From a virus: a DNA stretch of 64,000 nt. Positions 55,232-63,075 of the stretch are shown in pieces. Every line of letters starts with the position of its first letter. Within the stretch, counting starts at the first letter, position 1. The position numbers and the translations under genes were made by a program. The stretch is from IMG/VR virus record IMGVR_UViG_3300014202_001529. The stretch is one strand, 5' to 3'. The notes under the pieces were generated by a model, which saw only the letters and a program-made list of their open reading frames with translations, did not search any database and was not told where the DNA came from.

Positions 55232-55246
55232 TTGCGTTAATCGCAA
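55232..55246. promoter_or_regulatory. Operator palindrome TTGCGTTAATCGCAA
   Basis: 7 bp from a minus-strand TATATTTG box (55217-55224). Confidence 0.8.
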
Positions 55247-55263
55247 TTTTTGTTTAAAAAAAA

Positions 55264-55605
55264 TTATTTCCCTCCGTAGTACTTGCCTACGAAACGTTTG
55301 ATTTCCTTGCCGGAGATTCGGTAGTGTGTTCCTGGAATGGGAACGATAAGCCCTTGTTTGATCCACCTTAACACCGTGGTGTCAGACACGGGCTTCCCTT
55401 TTTTGGTAGAAGGCGCAATTAATTGCGCAACCTGATCTGTAGTATAAAGCATATTGTCTTGCGTAGTAAGCATTTCCCGTTGTATCGCAGCGAGGGCTTC
55501 AACGTTTTCTCTTACTAACCGCATTTCTTTGATTAGAGCCTCAAATAGAGCATCTTGGTTAGTCGGTGTTGTTTGTCTGTCTGGTAAATTTGTCAATTTG
55601 CTCAT
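55264..55605 (-). CDS. Excisionase-like HTH_17/MerR-type protein
   Basis: LYTTDQVAQLI...SDTTVLRWIKQGLI...YRISGKEIKRF. Confidence 0.8.
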   Translation of the reverse strand: MSKLTNLPDRQTTPTNQDALFEALIKEMRLVRENVEALAAIQREMLTTQDNMLYTTDQVAQLIAPSTKKGKPVSDTTVLRWIKQGLIVPIPGTHYRISGKEIKRFVGKYYGGK

Positions 55606-55619
55606 TGTGTGTGTAGTTT

Positions 55620-55964
55620 TTATAGAGTGATTAGCGTGATGAATTTTTCCAATTGCTGGATGGCTGTGCTTACAGCCATATCAATTGTTTCGTAGCTCTT
55701 TCCTAAATCACTTGGCTGAAATACCAATGGTGCCATCCCGACTTCAGGGATGATGTACCATTCTTCCACTTTAGTGGAATCAACTTCTTCTTCTTCTGGA
55801 TCGTACTTGGCAATTAAAAACAGTAGAACACCATTGGTGCTTTCAATCAACTTGTCTTGTTGTCCTGTTTTGTCGTTTTTTTTGCTACGAATTACTACAT
55901 TTGCCGTTGTTGCCATCATAGCCCATATAGGTTTTGTACACGCGAAGCAGGAATGCTCGCGCAC
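55620..55964 (-). CDS. Hypothetical protein
   Basis: 114-aa ORF. Confidence 0.55.
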   Translation of the reverse strand: MREHSCFACTKPIWAMMATTANVVIRSKKNDKTGQQDKLIESTNGVLLFLIAKYDPEEEEVDSTKVEEWYIIPEVGMAPLVFQPSDLGKSYETIDMAVSTAIQQLEKFITLITL

Positions 55965-56033
55965 TGTTCAATTAATCTTTTTGTGGAGGGGGTGGTGCGA
56001 ATTTATACAATTCCAACTTCTAAATCCATAAAA

Positions 56034-56429
56034 ATGGACGAGAATCAACAAAACTATGGAAAAGAATTTGAGACTTGGCATATCCGGCTCAAAAAAATCA
56101 TGGATACCCTGGAATTAAACCAAACGTCGTTTGCCGCGAAAATCGGCGTAGGAGCTACAACCGTTAACAACCTGCTAAGCCGCCCAGTTAAAGCCCAGAT
56201 GGGCTTTTTTATCAGTTTGAAGCAAGCCTATCCTTATATCAATCTTAATTATCTGTTTGTAAACCAAGGCGATATGTTTGTGGGTGGAATTACAGAAGAA
56301 AACGTGAAGGTCTACCTTGCAAAGGAACCTTCTGTGGAGTACAATAATGCCTTAGTTGCGATGCATGAAGAGCTAACAGCGCTGAAAACGATCACAAGCG
56401 AATTGTTAGAAGAGTATCGAAAAAAATAA
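56034..56429 (+). CDS. CI-like XRE repressor without S24 peptidase domain
   Basis: LELNQTSFAAKIGVGATTVNNLL HTH; YPYINLNYLF..QGDMF typical of Bacteroidota phage repressors. Confidence 0.8.
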   Translation: MDENQQNYGKEFETWHIRLKKIMDTLELNQTSFAAKIGVGATTVNNLLSRPVKAQMGFFISLKQAYPYINLNYLFVNQGDMFVGGITEENVKVYLAKEPSVEYNNALVAMHEELTALKTITSELLEEYRKK

Positions 56430-56506
56430 TGCACGTTGATTGCTTACGGTTAAACAAATCCAAATGTTTTATTTATTCATAAACAACAAGTTGCTTACGT
56501 GGGTCG

Positions 56507-56524
56507 GATTCCTGGCGGGGCTAC
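56507..56524 (+). other. Putative attP core resembling a tRNA 3' end
   Basis: GATTCCTGGCGGGGCTAC reads as T-loop end, T-stem and acceptor strand; ~120 bp upstream of int; flanking TTGCTTACG repeats. Confidence 0.55.
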
Positions 56525-56642
56525 TTTTTAAACCTTTTCTCGTTTTTATTTCTATTCAATTCGTACATTTACAGTGCTTTGTACTACTTTGTAGTTTTTC
56601 TAAGCTTGATTTCTATCGAGAACAGACAAAAATGCACACGGA

Positions 56643-57818
56643 ATGTTTACGTATCCAAGCATAAAAATCGTTTTGTTAAAAAACGACGTAAACAAAAAAA
56701 ATGAATGCCCGATCTACCTTCAGTTTATTCACCAGCGCAGGACGTTCCGGCTTTCGCTTAGAAAATTTGTTCCTCTTGCATCCTGGAATGGAGTGCATCC
56801 AAAATATTTGAAAGACAAGGGACCCGATAAGCACCCAAATGCCCGGCAACTAAACATCTTGCTGGCCGGGATGCAGAACAAAGCCCAGGAGATCATCCTG
56901 GCATACGAAATTGAAAATAAGGCCATTACCTGGGAGCTTTTCCAACAAGAAATGAACCCGGGCGCAGCGAAGCCGCAAACGTTCTACGACTTTCACATGT
57001 TATATGTGGAAGAGCAGCGGAAAGAGGGCACCAAGGTATCAACGCTGGAAACCTATAGTTCCAAGCTAAAAAAGCTCCGAGAGTTTGCTCCGGAGCTGAA
57101 CATCGAGGATGTGACGGCAGAATTTGCCAGAGAGTATATTTACTGGATGAAGACGGTAAAGGGAAATGTCCCAAACACCATCTACAAATCCTTCCAATAC
57201 CTTACTGCTGTTTGCAGGCTTGCGGTCCGGATGAAAGCATTGAAGGAGTATCCACTCGAAGGAGTGGCTGTCCGTAAGGAAGTTAGAGATCCAAGCAGGT
57301 TGAATCAGGCAGAAGTGGATAAGTTGATGGCGTTATACCGGTCGGGAGTGTTGCCGGATAGCCGGCAGAACGTTCTGGGGCAATTCCTGTTTGCCTGTCA
57401 CACTGGTCTGGCATTTGGAGACATCCAGGTATTGGATTATGCAGACATTCAGGTTCATACCGATGGAACGTTGTACGTTGAAAAAGACCGCAACAAAACG
57501 GACATTCGGTTTATCTGTCCGCTTTTACCTGAAGCTTTGGAATTGATTGACTATCCTAACGAAGGGAAAGTTTTCCGTGGAATATCGAATAAAAACACGA
57601 ATGACTACATACAGGATACCTGTAAATTCGTTGGCATTCAAAGGCATGTCCGGTTTCATACGGCACGGCATACTTTCGGAACGATTGCCATCAACAAAGG
57701 CATACGACTGGAGGTTGTGCAGAAAATGATGGGGCACGCTAAAGCTTCCATGACTTCGCACTATGCGAAGTTAAATACTTCCACAATAATTGAAGAAGGT
57801 CTAAAACCGTCAAAATGA
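56643..57818 (+). CDS. int: Tyrosine recombinase / integrase (Bacteroidota IntDOT-like)
   Basis: N-terminal arm-binding CPIYLQF...R; SAM-like middle; TGLAFGD (Arg-I replaced), RNKT, FHTARHTF, MMGH, HYA. Confidence 0.95.
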   Translation: MFTYPSIKIVLLKNDVNKKNECPIYLQFIHQRRTFRLSLRKFVPLASWNGVHPKYLKDKGPDKHPNARQLNILLAGMQNKAQEIILAYEIENKAITWELFQQEMNPGAAKPQTFYDFHMLYVEEQRKEGTKVSTLETYSSKLKKLREFAPELNIEDVTAEFAREYIYWMKTVKGNVPNTIYKSFQYLTAVCRLAVRMKALKEYPLEGVAVRKEVRDPSRLNQAEVDKLMALYRSGVLPDSRQNVLGQFLFACHTGLAFGDIQVLDYADIQVHTDGTLYVEKDRNKTDIRFICPLLPEALELIDYPNEGKVFRGISNKNTNDYIQDTCKFVGIQRHVRFHTARHTFGTIAINKGIRLEVVQKMMGHAKASMTSHYAKLNTSTIIEEGLKPSK

Positions 57819-58105
57819 ACGCTCCCATAAAAAAACATGCTGCTGCTTTTTTAGAGGCGGTGCTCAGGGAATTGATCCTTGAGCGACGGTCTAAATACCC
57901 GAAAGTTACGAGAAGGGATTTGGCCGCATTTCTGGAAATTGATCCAGCATCGGCAATGAGGCTGGAGAATGGAGAAACAGACCTTTCTGTTGAAAGATTT
58001 GCGCAGATTTGTTTTTTTTTGAAACAGGACCCTGTCCAAATCCTGCACAAAGCATCCGTTCGTGTACAAAAAATAAAGGCTAAGACGCCACCGGAACCGG
58101 AATAA
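57815..58105 (+). CDS. XRE-family HTH regulator
   Basis: TRRDLAAFLEIDPASAMRLENGETDLSVERFAQIC. Confidence 0.85.
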   Translation: MNAPIKKHAAAFLEAVLRELILERRSKYPKVTRRDLAAFLEIDPASAMRLENGETDLSVERFAQICFFLKQDPVQILHKASVRVQKIKAKTPPEPE

Positions 58106-58331
58106 GCTCGTCCAAACTGATATTGAATATCGTCCTGGCCGCCAGTATCATCCGCTGTGTGGCCTTTTGGTTCTCACTCATGAATCGGCTCAAGCTTGTC
58201 TCAGAAACGCGCATCATTTTTGCCGCTTCCTTCTGTGTAATACCCAATTGCTCAAAAGTGAGTTTTAGCGCTTCACGCAACCGTGCCTCAAATCCATTTA
58301 CCTCTTGCGTCGGAGCTTGTGTGTTGTTCAT
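58080..58331 (-). CDS. XRE/Cro-like HTH regulator
   Basis: GITQKEAAKMMRVSETSLSRFMS...FNISLDEL. Confidence 0.85.
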   Translation of the reverse strand: MNNTQAPTQEVNGFEARLREALKLTFEQLGITQKEAAKMMRVSETSLSRFMSENQKATQRMILAARTIFNISLDELIPVPVAS

Positions 58332-58561
58332 AAATTTCTTTTTTTATGTTTTCGAGTGCAATTTATTGCAAAATAAGCAACTTTTGGCCGCTTTTTTTGC
58401 AGATTTTTTATTTTCGGCATTATGCAAAGCCAGTCCGAAAGCAAAAAAGGCAGAACCGCCAAAATGGTGTCCCCGTTCATAAGTCGCATAGTTTAGCAAA
58501 AAAAAATGCATCTTTGTCCCAAGCCGACTTGGTATAGCAAATCCTGGCCGTATCGAGCCGC

Positions 58562-58599
58562 AAAAAAGCCTTGGCTATTTAGCCAAGGTGTTTTTTTTT
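58562..58599. terminator. Bidirectional terminator
   Basis: A6-CCTTGGCT-ATTT-AGCCAAGG-T9. Confidence 0.75.
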
Positions 58600-58692
58600 A
58601 AAGATGTAATATTCCGGCTTCCCTGTGCCCGAGCACTCCACCGGCGTTCACGGTGCTGCAACCGCAGTAACTTATTAGCAACACACCCCAGT

Positions 58693-58827
58693 CTAATTTG
58701 AGCTGGGTGCTACAAATGGCGCTTCAAGCGCTGCCTTCATTTCTGTCTCCATAAATTCCTTCACAAATGCGGCTAACCTATTGACATAAACCGGCTGCAA
58801 ACCTATCCATATACCAATCTGTCTCAT
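58693..58827 (-). CDS. 44-aa microprotein (not in ORF track)
   Basis: MRQIGIWIGLQPVYVNRLAAFVKEFMETEMKAALEAPFVAPSSN. Confidence 0.4.
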   Translation of the reverse strand: MRQIGIWIGLQPVYVNRLAAFVKEFMETEMKAALEAPFVAPSSN

Positions 58828-58832
58828 GCTTT

Positions 58833-58940
58833 TTAGACGACACGCTCGGGTTGTTTGAACGTGATTGTCTCTTTTAGCGAGAATTCCTGCTCACGTTCGC
58901 GCTTGTAAACTTCGTTTTCTTTGACCAGATGCATAGTCAT
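58833..58940 (-). CDS. 35-aa microprotein (not in ORF track)
   Basis: MTMHLVKENEVYKREREQEFSLKETITFKQPERVV, abutting the upstream stop. Confidence 0.4.
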   Translation of the reverse strand: MTMHLVKENEVYKREREQEFSLKETITFKQPERVV

Positions 58941-59363
58941 TTATTTAATTTGATTAAGTAGTTCCCATGTCTTTAATCCCTCTATCGGTGTGTAAAAGCC
59001 ATTCAAAAATGCCTGGAACTCCATATGCAGTAGATCCCATTGTTGTTTTGTCGCAGGCTTATTGTAACAATCTTCTCCAATCAGATAATACTCGGCATTG
59101 TCGGGTTTATCTTTTCTAACCACGAAATTCATTTCAAAGCATACATTACATGTTCCATCACCCATGCTTTGGGTAACTTTTTGTAGTCGAAAGCTTTCAT
59201 ACGGAGAGATGATTTTCGTCATTTCGTAGTGCGTTTCCGTTTCAACTTCATCCTCGAAATCAGTTGTTTTCCTGTGATTATATCCAGACAGAACATAAAG
59301 CGGAAATTCCACTTCCACTTCTTTGAAAGTGATTTGTTTATCTTTTACAGTTACTGTTGCCAT
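58941..59363 (-). CDS. Hypothetical protein
   Basis: 140-aa ORF. Confidence 0.7.
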   Translation of the reverse strand: MATVTVKDKQITFKEVEVEFPLYVLSGYNHRKTTDFEDEVETETHYEMTKIISPYESFRLQKVTQSMGDGTCNVCFEMNFVVRKDKPDNAEYYLIGEDCYNKPATKQQWDLLHMEFQAFLNGFYTPIEGLKTWELLNQIK

Positions 59364-59388
59364 TGAATTCTATTTTATGGATGATAAA

Positions 59389-59586
59389 TCATTTCCCACG
59401 TCGGATGAAACTTCGCAGGATGTGTTTTTGCCTCGCCATCAAACCGAATCCGGATGTGGGCGCCATCGCAACTCGTAATGACGCCGTTCTGTGGTATCTT
59501 GCCTGCAGGTCGTTACGATCATCCGCAAGATGATTCTTTACGGCCTCTGCGTAGGTAAGTAGATCGTATAGGGTTTCTTTTTTCAT
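59389..59586 (-). CDS. Small hypothetical protein
   Basis: Start MKKETL has an ATGA overlap. Confidence 0.5.
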   Translation of the reverse strand: MKKETLYDLLTYAEAVKNHLADDRNDLQARYHRTASLRVAMAPTSGFGLMARQKHILRSFIRRGK

Positions 59587-59762
59587 TGTACGTTTTTTTG
59601 TATTTCCATCGCCAGGCAAAACGCCGCCATTCCTGCTACCACATACCATTTCCCCGCCTCCGAATCTTCCGGACTATGCCAGGCAGCATACCAGATCGAG
59701 CCGCCATACAAGATCATAGCGCTGCCGAAAATCCAGAGAAGCGTTATAACTGTCTGTATCAT
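59583..59762 (-). CDS. Small two-TM membrane protein
   Basis: Two hydrophobic helices. Confidence 0.55.
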   Translation of the reverse strand: MIQTVITLLWIFGSAMILYGGSIWYAAWHSPEDSEAGKWYVVAGMAAFCLAMEIQKNVQ

Positions 59763-60310
59763 TGTATTTTGCCGCAGCACATTTTATACTTCTTGCCGGA
59801 GCCACAAGAGCACGGCTCATTTCTGCCAACTTTAGGGGTTGTGCGGACCTCTACTGCCCGTTCGCAATGCCGGGGTTTTCGGGGTGTGCCAAAATCGAAA
59901 AGTCGAGGAGGCAGCATTCCATAGTCCAGAAGCGTTGGTGGAAGCGTTATTGGCATTACTGAAGCTGGCATTCTTCCTCCAATAAAGCCAGTTCCCTCTA
60001 TTCCAATTTCTGAACAATAGTCTTTTACGACAACAAATGGATCTTCATCAGACCAAACATCCGGCTCCTCCAAAATACTTTTTATGCACTTCCCTTCTGC
60101 GCTCACCGTAATGCCGTTGCTGTCGCTGCCGATAAGCACATAATGATAGTAGTCTTCATCTTCTTCGTACACGAGGTGCGGTTTCCTGTCATCATTGCAA
60201 GTTCCCGATCCCTCCAGGAAGCGAAAACAGAACTTTGTGCGTTCGCACAATTCCAGAAAGGTCAGGGTATGATCCCAGTCTTTTGAGATGATGATGTCTG
60301 GTTGTCTCAT
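59759..60310 (-). CDS. SEC-C motif protein
   Basis: C-terminal [21 protein letters not shown]. Confidence 0.85.
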   Translation of the reverse strand: MRQPDIIISKDWDHTLTFLELCERTKFCFRFLEGSGTCNDDRKPHLVYEEDEDYYHYVLIGSDSNGITVSAEGKCIKSILEEPDVWSDEDPFVVVKDYCSEIGIEGTGFIGGRMPASVMPITLPPTLLDYGMLPPRLFDFGTPRKPRHCERAVEVRTTPKVGRNEPCSCGSGKKYKMCCGKIQ

Positions 60311-61170
60311 TCGTTGCAATGGCATTTACTTTCCCTGTCCATATCCCCGTTGAATCCTTCCAGCGCGCACGCGGTCTCAATCTCCGGGAAGAGTGACAAA
60401 ATATTTTGTGATTGTCTGTACTTATCCTGTGCTCGCCGAAATGGCTTTTTCGTGGCCGCTGCTATTTTCGCGATGGTATATCCATCCCGGTCAAAAACAT
60501 AGCCGCCTTCTTGCTCCAGTTCCCATTGCTGCCATTGGTCCGCAACTTGTGGGTTTTCGGCAATAATGGTCATGCGCTTCCGGAGCGACTTTTTCCAACA
60601 CAGGTCGCAATTGCCTTCATAATCCTTTAGCTGAAGGTCGTAGTCCTGGCCTGCCCAAAAATTCCGCACTTGCATTTCCCAGGTCGGAAACCAGTCAATG
60701 AGCGGATAGACCTTTGTGCTATCCTTTCTGTTTGCCCGGCCAGCTTCATCAATCCGAATGCCGATAGCCGTATTATATTTGCCCCCCCCCATCAATTCCT
60801 TACAATATTTTCCAATGGGTCGGGTTTTTAATTCCCGGTTGCAGTGTGGGAATTCTTTGTTCGGAATTCCAAATTTTCTGATCATCGCCTCAAACGGCTC
60901 GCCTTTCCTGGAAGCCGTTTCAAAATCAACAATGCGATACGATACGCCAATACCTCTTTCCTGATTGATCACGGCTTCTATCCATACTAAATTCAGCCCC
61001 ATCCGTTTGTCGCACTCATCAACGAATTCCAGGGTTTCTTCCCGCTCTTTGCCGGTGTTGGCAAAAACAAACGCCTTTGGCATCTCCGGATAGTGCTTCT
61101 GGAGCATGTGGCACATGTATGCACTGGAGCGGCCACCGGAAAAGCTTATGATGAGTGGAGTTGCTTGCAT
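60307..61170 (-). CDS. Second PAPS-reductase-family (PP-loop) protein
   Basis: [45 protein letters not shown]. Confidence 0.85.
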   Translation of the reverse strand: MQATPLIISFSGGRSSAYMCHMLQKHYPEMPKAFVFANTGKEREETLEFVDECDKRMGLNLVWIEAVINQERGIGVSYRIVDFETASRKGEPFEAMIRKFGIPNKEFPHCNRELKTRPIGKYCKELMGGGKYNTAIGIRIDEAGRANRKDSTKVYPLIDWFPTWEMQVRNFWAGQDYDLQLKDYEGNCDLCWKKSLRKRMTIIAENPQVADQWQQWELEQEGGYVFDRDGYTIAKIAAATKKPFRRAQDKYRQSQNILSLFPEIETACALEGFNGDMDRESKCHCNE

Positions 61171-61191
61171 GGGCACAAATATAAACATAAA

Positions 61192-61206
61192 TTGCGTTTT
61201 ACGCAA
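61192..61206. promoter_or_regulatory. Operator palindrome TTGCGTTTTACGCAA
   Basis: 8 bp from a minus-strand TATATTTG box (61176-61183). Confidence 0.8.
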
Positions 61207-61215
61207 TTTTAGACA

Positions 61216-61246
61216 AAAAAAATAGGCAACCTTGTGAGTCGCCTAT
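61216..61246 (-). terminator. Intrinsic terminator ending the virion/DarB-like block
   Basis: TAGGC-AAC...GTC-GCCTA stem with a U-run on the minus strand. Confidence 0.65.
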
Positions 61247-61281
61247 CTAAAAACACCTAAAACCCCATTTAAATTGAATCT

Positions 61282-63075
61282 CTACGCCGCCTGGGCTTTG
61301 ATCTCATCCGCTACACGGCTGACGGCTGCCGCGTAGCTTTCGCCCGCCCTCCTTTTGGACTTTACTTCTTCGTGGAACTTCCGGATTGCCTTCGGATTCT
61401 GTTCCAATTTTTTGATGAGGTCGCCGCATTCGTGGTATGAGGTTTTCCATTTTTCCTTCTGCGTTTGGGAGCAACTACCTTCCAGGGAGCAGTGCAGCAG
61501 TTCTTTGTACGTTTTCAGGCAGGCCATGTACATTTCATCCCCTTTCGTGGTGTAGATCCTTTTCATTTCAGGCTCTTTGATCAGGATTTGGTAGCTGCCC
61601 GTTTTGGGCCTGTCTACTTTATCCAGGCTGAATGAATCTACGCAAAGCCGGTAGTATTTGCGACCGCCCATCCATGCTTTAATCCCAGCCATGCCTGCAT
61701 AGTCCGCTACCTCTACAATAACGTCGTGCTGGCCTTCCTTGCCCTTCACGCGCATAATTTTCGTGATCTGGCGGCTGCTTTTGCTTTCGCGCCAGTCGGT
61801 CGCTTCTTTAAGGAACCAGGTTACTACCTTGTTCACTCGGCGACCTGTTTCTGCATCATCCAGCGTGCAGACCGAGCGCTTTTGGGCATTTTCTTCGGGT
61901 GCTTTGGCTGCGGGTTCCTTTTCTGATGCTTTTTTGAATCTATTTTTCAAGGACTGCAAAACGTCAGGCCCCCTGACGCCTTTAGGCATCATTCCCATCA
62001 GTGTTTCTTCTAAAACTGAAATCCCCCGCGAAGTCCTGTCCGAACTTTCGTATTCCTCAAATTGCTTAGCAACCGCAAATGCAATTTCTTCTGCATCTTT
62101 GTATTTGAGTTCGGCCATTTTAGCCTCAATTTCTTGAAGCAGAAATTCAGCGTAATCATCTTTTAAACGCTTTCGTTTTTGGATTTCTGGACCACTTTTC
62201 GCTGGATCGGGTTTGTGCTCGTCTGCAATGTGCTGCTTCCATGTAGTTCCTAAAATGCACTTTTTATTGAAGCTGGCCGGGATCATGATGAACACCAGGT
62301 AGCCGCCATCGTCGAAGATCAGGTGCTCGCCTTTTTTGGCAGTCACGGTGATGCTGCCATCGCCGGTGCCTTTCAGGCGCACCAGGGTGTCTTCTTTCAC
62401 CTCCAGCGAATAGTGCTGGCAGTGGAGCACGATGGGCTTCAATGTGCCCGTGTCCGTTTTCTTTTTCCAGCTATATGCCGGTTTTTCAGCAGCGGGAGCG
62501 GTTTTCGGCTCTGGTTTCGGCTCTGGTTTGGGTTCTGGTTTTGCTGCTTTCGGTTTTTCTGCTCCGGCAGGGATGTGCTTCATAATGTAGGCCGCTACCC
62601 AATCGGATACAAAGGATCTATGCAAAATATCCTTATCCCTTACCGTTTCCCGCATTTTGGCGATCAACTCATCGTAGTCTTTTTGTGGAAGACCCAGGAT
62701 TTTATCCCGGGTTTGACCCGGGAAAGCTGCATCGAGCAGCGCATACACTTCTGCTTTTGTTGTGCCTGGTTCCGGAGGTGTCGCTTTTGGCGGTTCTGCC
62801 TTTTTTGCTTTTGGCGGTTCTTCCTTTTTTGCTTTAGGTGGTTGTGTGTTTTTTGCTTTAGGCGTCGTCGCTTTTTTTACCTTTTTTTCAGGTGCAGGCG
62901 CAGCAGCCGTAGCGGCTGAACCGGATGGCTTTTCTTCCATTGCTGCAAGCTGAGCTTTAGCCGTGGCAATGGACTTTTCCAGGCTTTCCCGTGCTGCGCC
63001 TTGAATGGCAGGATTACTCAACCCCTTTTCCATTTTGGCTATTTTGTCTTGCAATGTTTGCTTATCGTTCATCAC
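61282..63075 (-). CDS. 597-aa Lys/Pro/Ala-rich protein following the helicase across the circle junction
   Basis: PPKAKKxE and KPEP repeats, Cys-containing C-terminus; starts just after the helicase stop (63101 = 326). Confidence 0.75.
   Translation of the reverse strand: MMNDKQTLQDKIAKMEKGLSNPAIQGAARESLEKSIATAKAQLAAMEEKPSGSAATAAAPAPEKKVKKATTPKAKNTQPPKAKKEEPPKAKKAEPPKATPPEPGTTKAEVYALLDAAFPGQTRDKILGLPQKDYDELIAKMRETVRDKDILHRSFVSDWVAAYIMKHIPAGAEKPKAAKPEPKPEPKPEPKTAPAAEKPAYSWKKKTDTGTLKPIVLHCQHYSLEVKEDTLVRLKGTGDGSITVTAKKGEHLIFDDGGYLVFIMIPASFNKKCILGTTWKQHIADEHKPDPAKSGPEIQKRKRLKDDYAEFLLQEIEAKMAELKYKDAEEIAFAVAKQFEEYESSDRTSRGISVLEETLMGMMPKGVRGPDVLQSLKNRFKKASEKEPAAKAPEENAQKRSVCTLDDAETGRRVNKVVTWFLKEATDWRESKSSRQITKIMRVKGKEGQHDVIVEVADYAGMAGIKAWMGGRKYYRLCVDSFSLDKVDRPKTGSYQILIKEPEMKRIYTTKGDEMYMACLKTYKELLHCSLEGSCSQTQKEKWKTSYHECGDLIKKLEQNPKAIRKFHEEVKSKRRAGESYAAAVSRVADEIKAQAA

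Larger units (their letters stand above)
1..62775. mobile_element. Complete circular temperate virus-like element, probably a tailless membrane-containing phage of Bacteroidota, in excised (attP) form
   Basis: End of window repeats the start with an offset of 62775. Contains integrase, repressor, excisionase, replication, lysis-type and virion-like modules. No host housekeeping genes seen. Confidence 0.85.

Noticed and set aside
56643-57818. Inactive integrase because the first catalytic Arg is replaced (TGLAF)
   Set aside because: Substitution at this position is known in active Bacteroidota integrases such as IntDOT, and the other catalytic residues are intact. It also lacks the IntI-specific insertion as far as I can see, so I do not call it an integron integrase.
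52345-61170. Complete Dnd/Ssp phosphorothioation system or sulfate assimilation pathway
   Set aside because: Only PP-loop proteins are present; no DndA/B/D/E, Ssp or cys partners were recognised.
11159-61206. CRISPR array made of the repeated palindrome
   Set aside because: The copies are 15 bp, dispersed kilobases apart and tied to promoters; there are no regular spacers and no cas genes.
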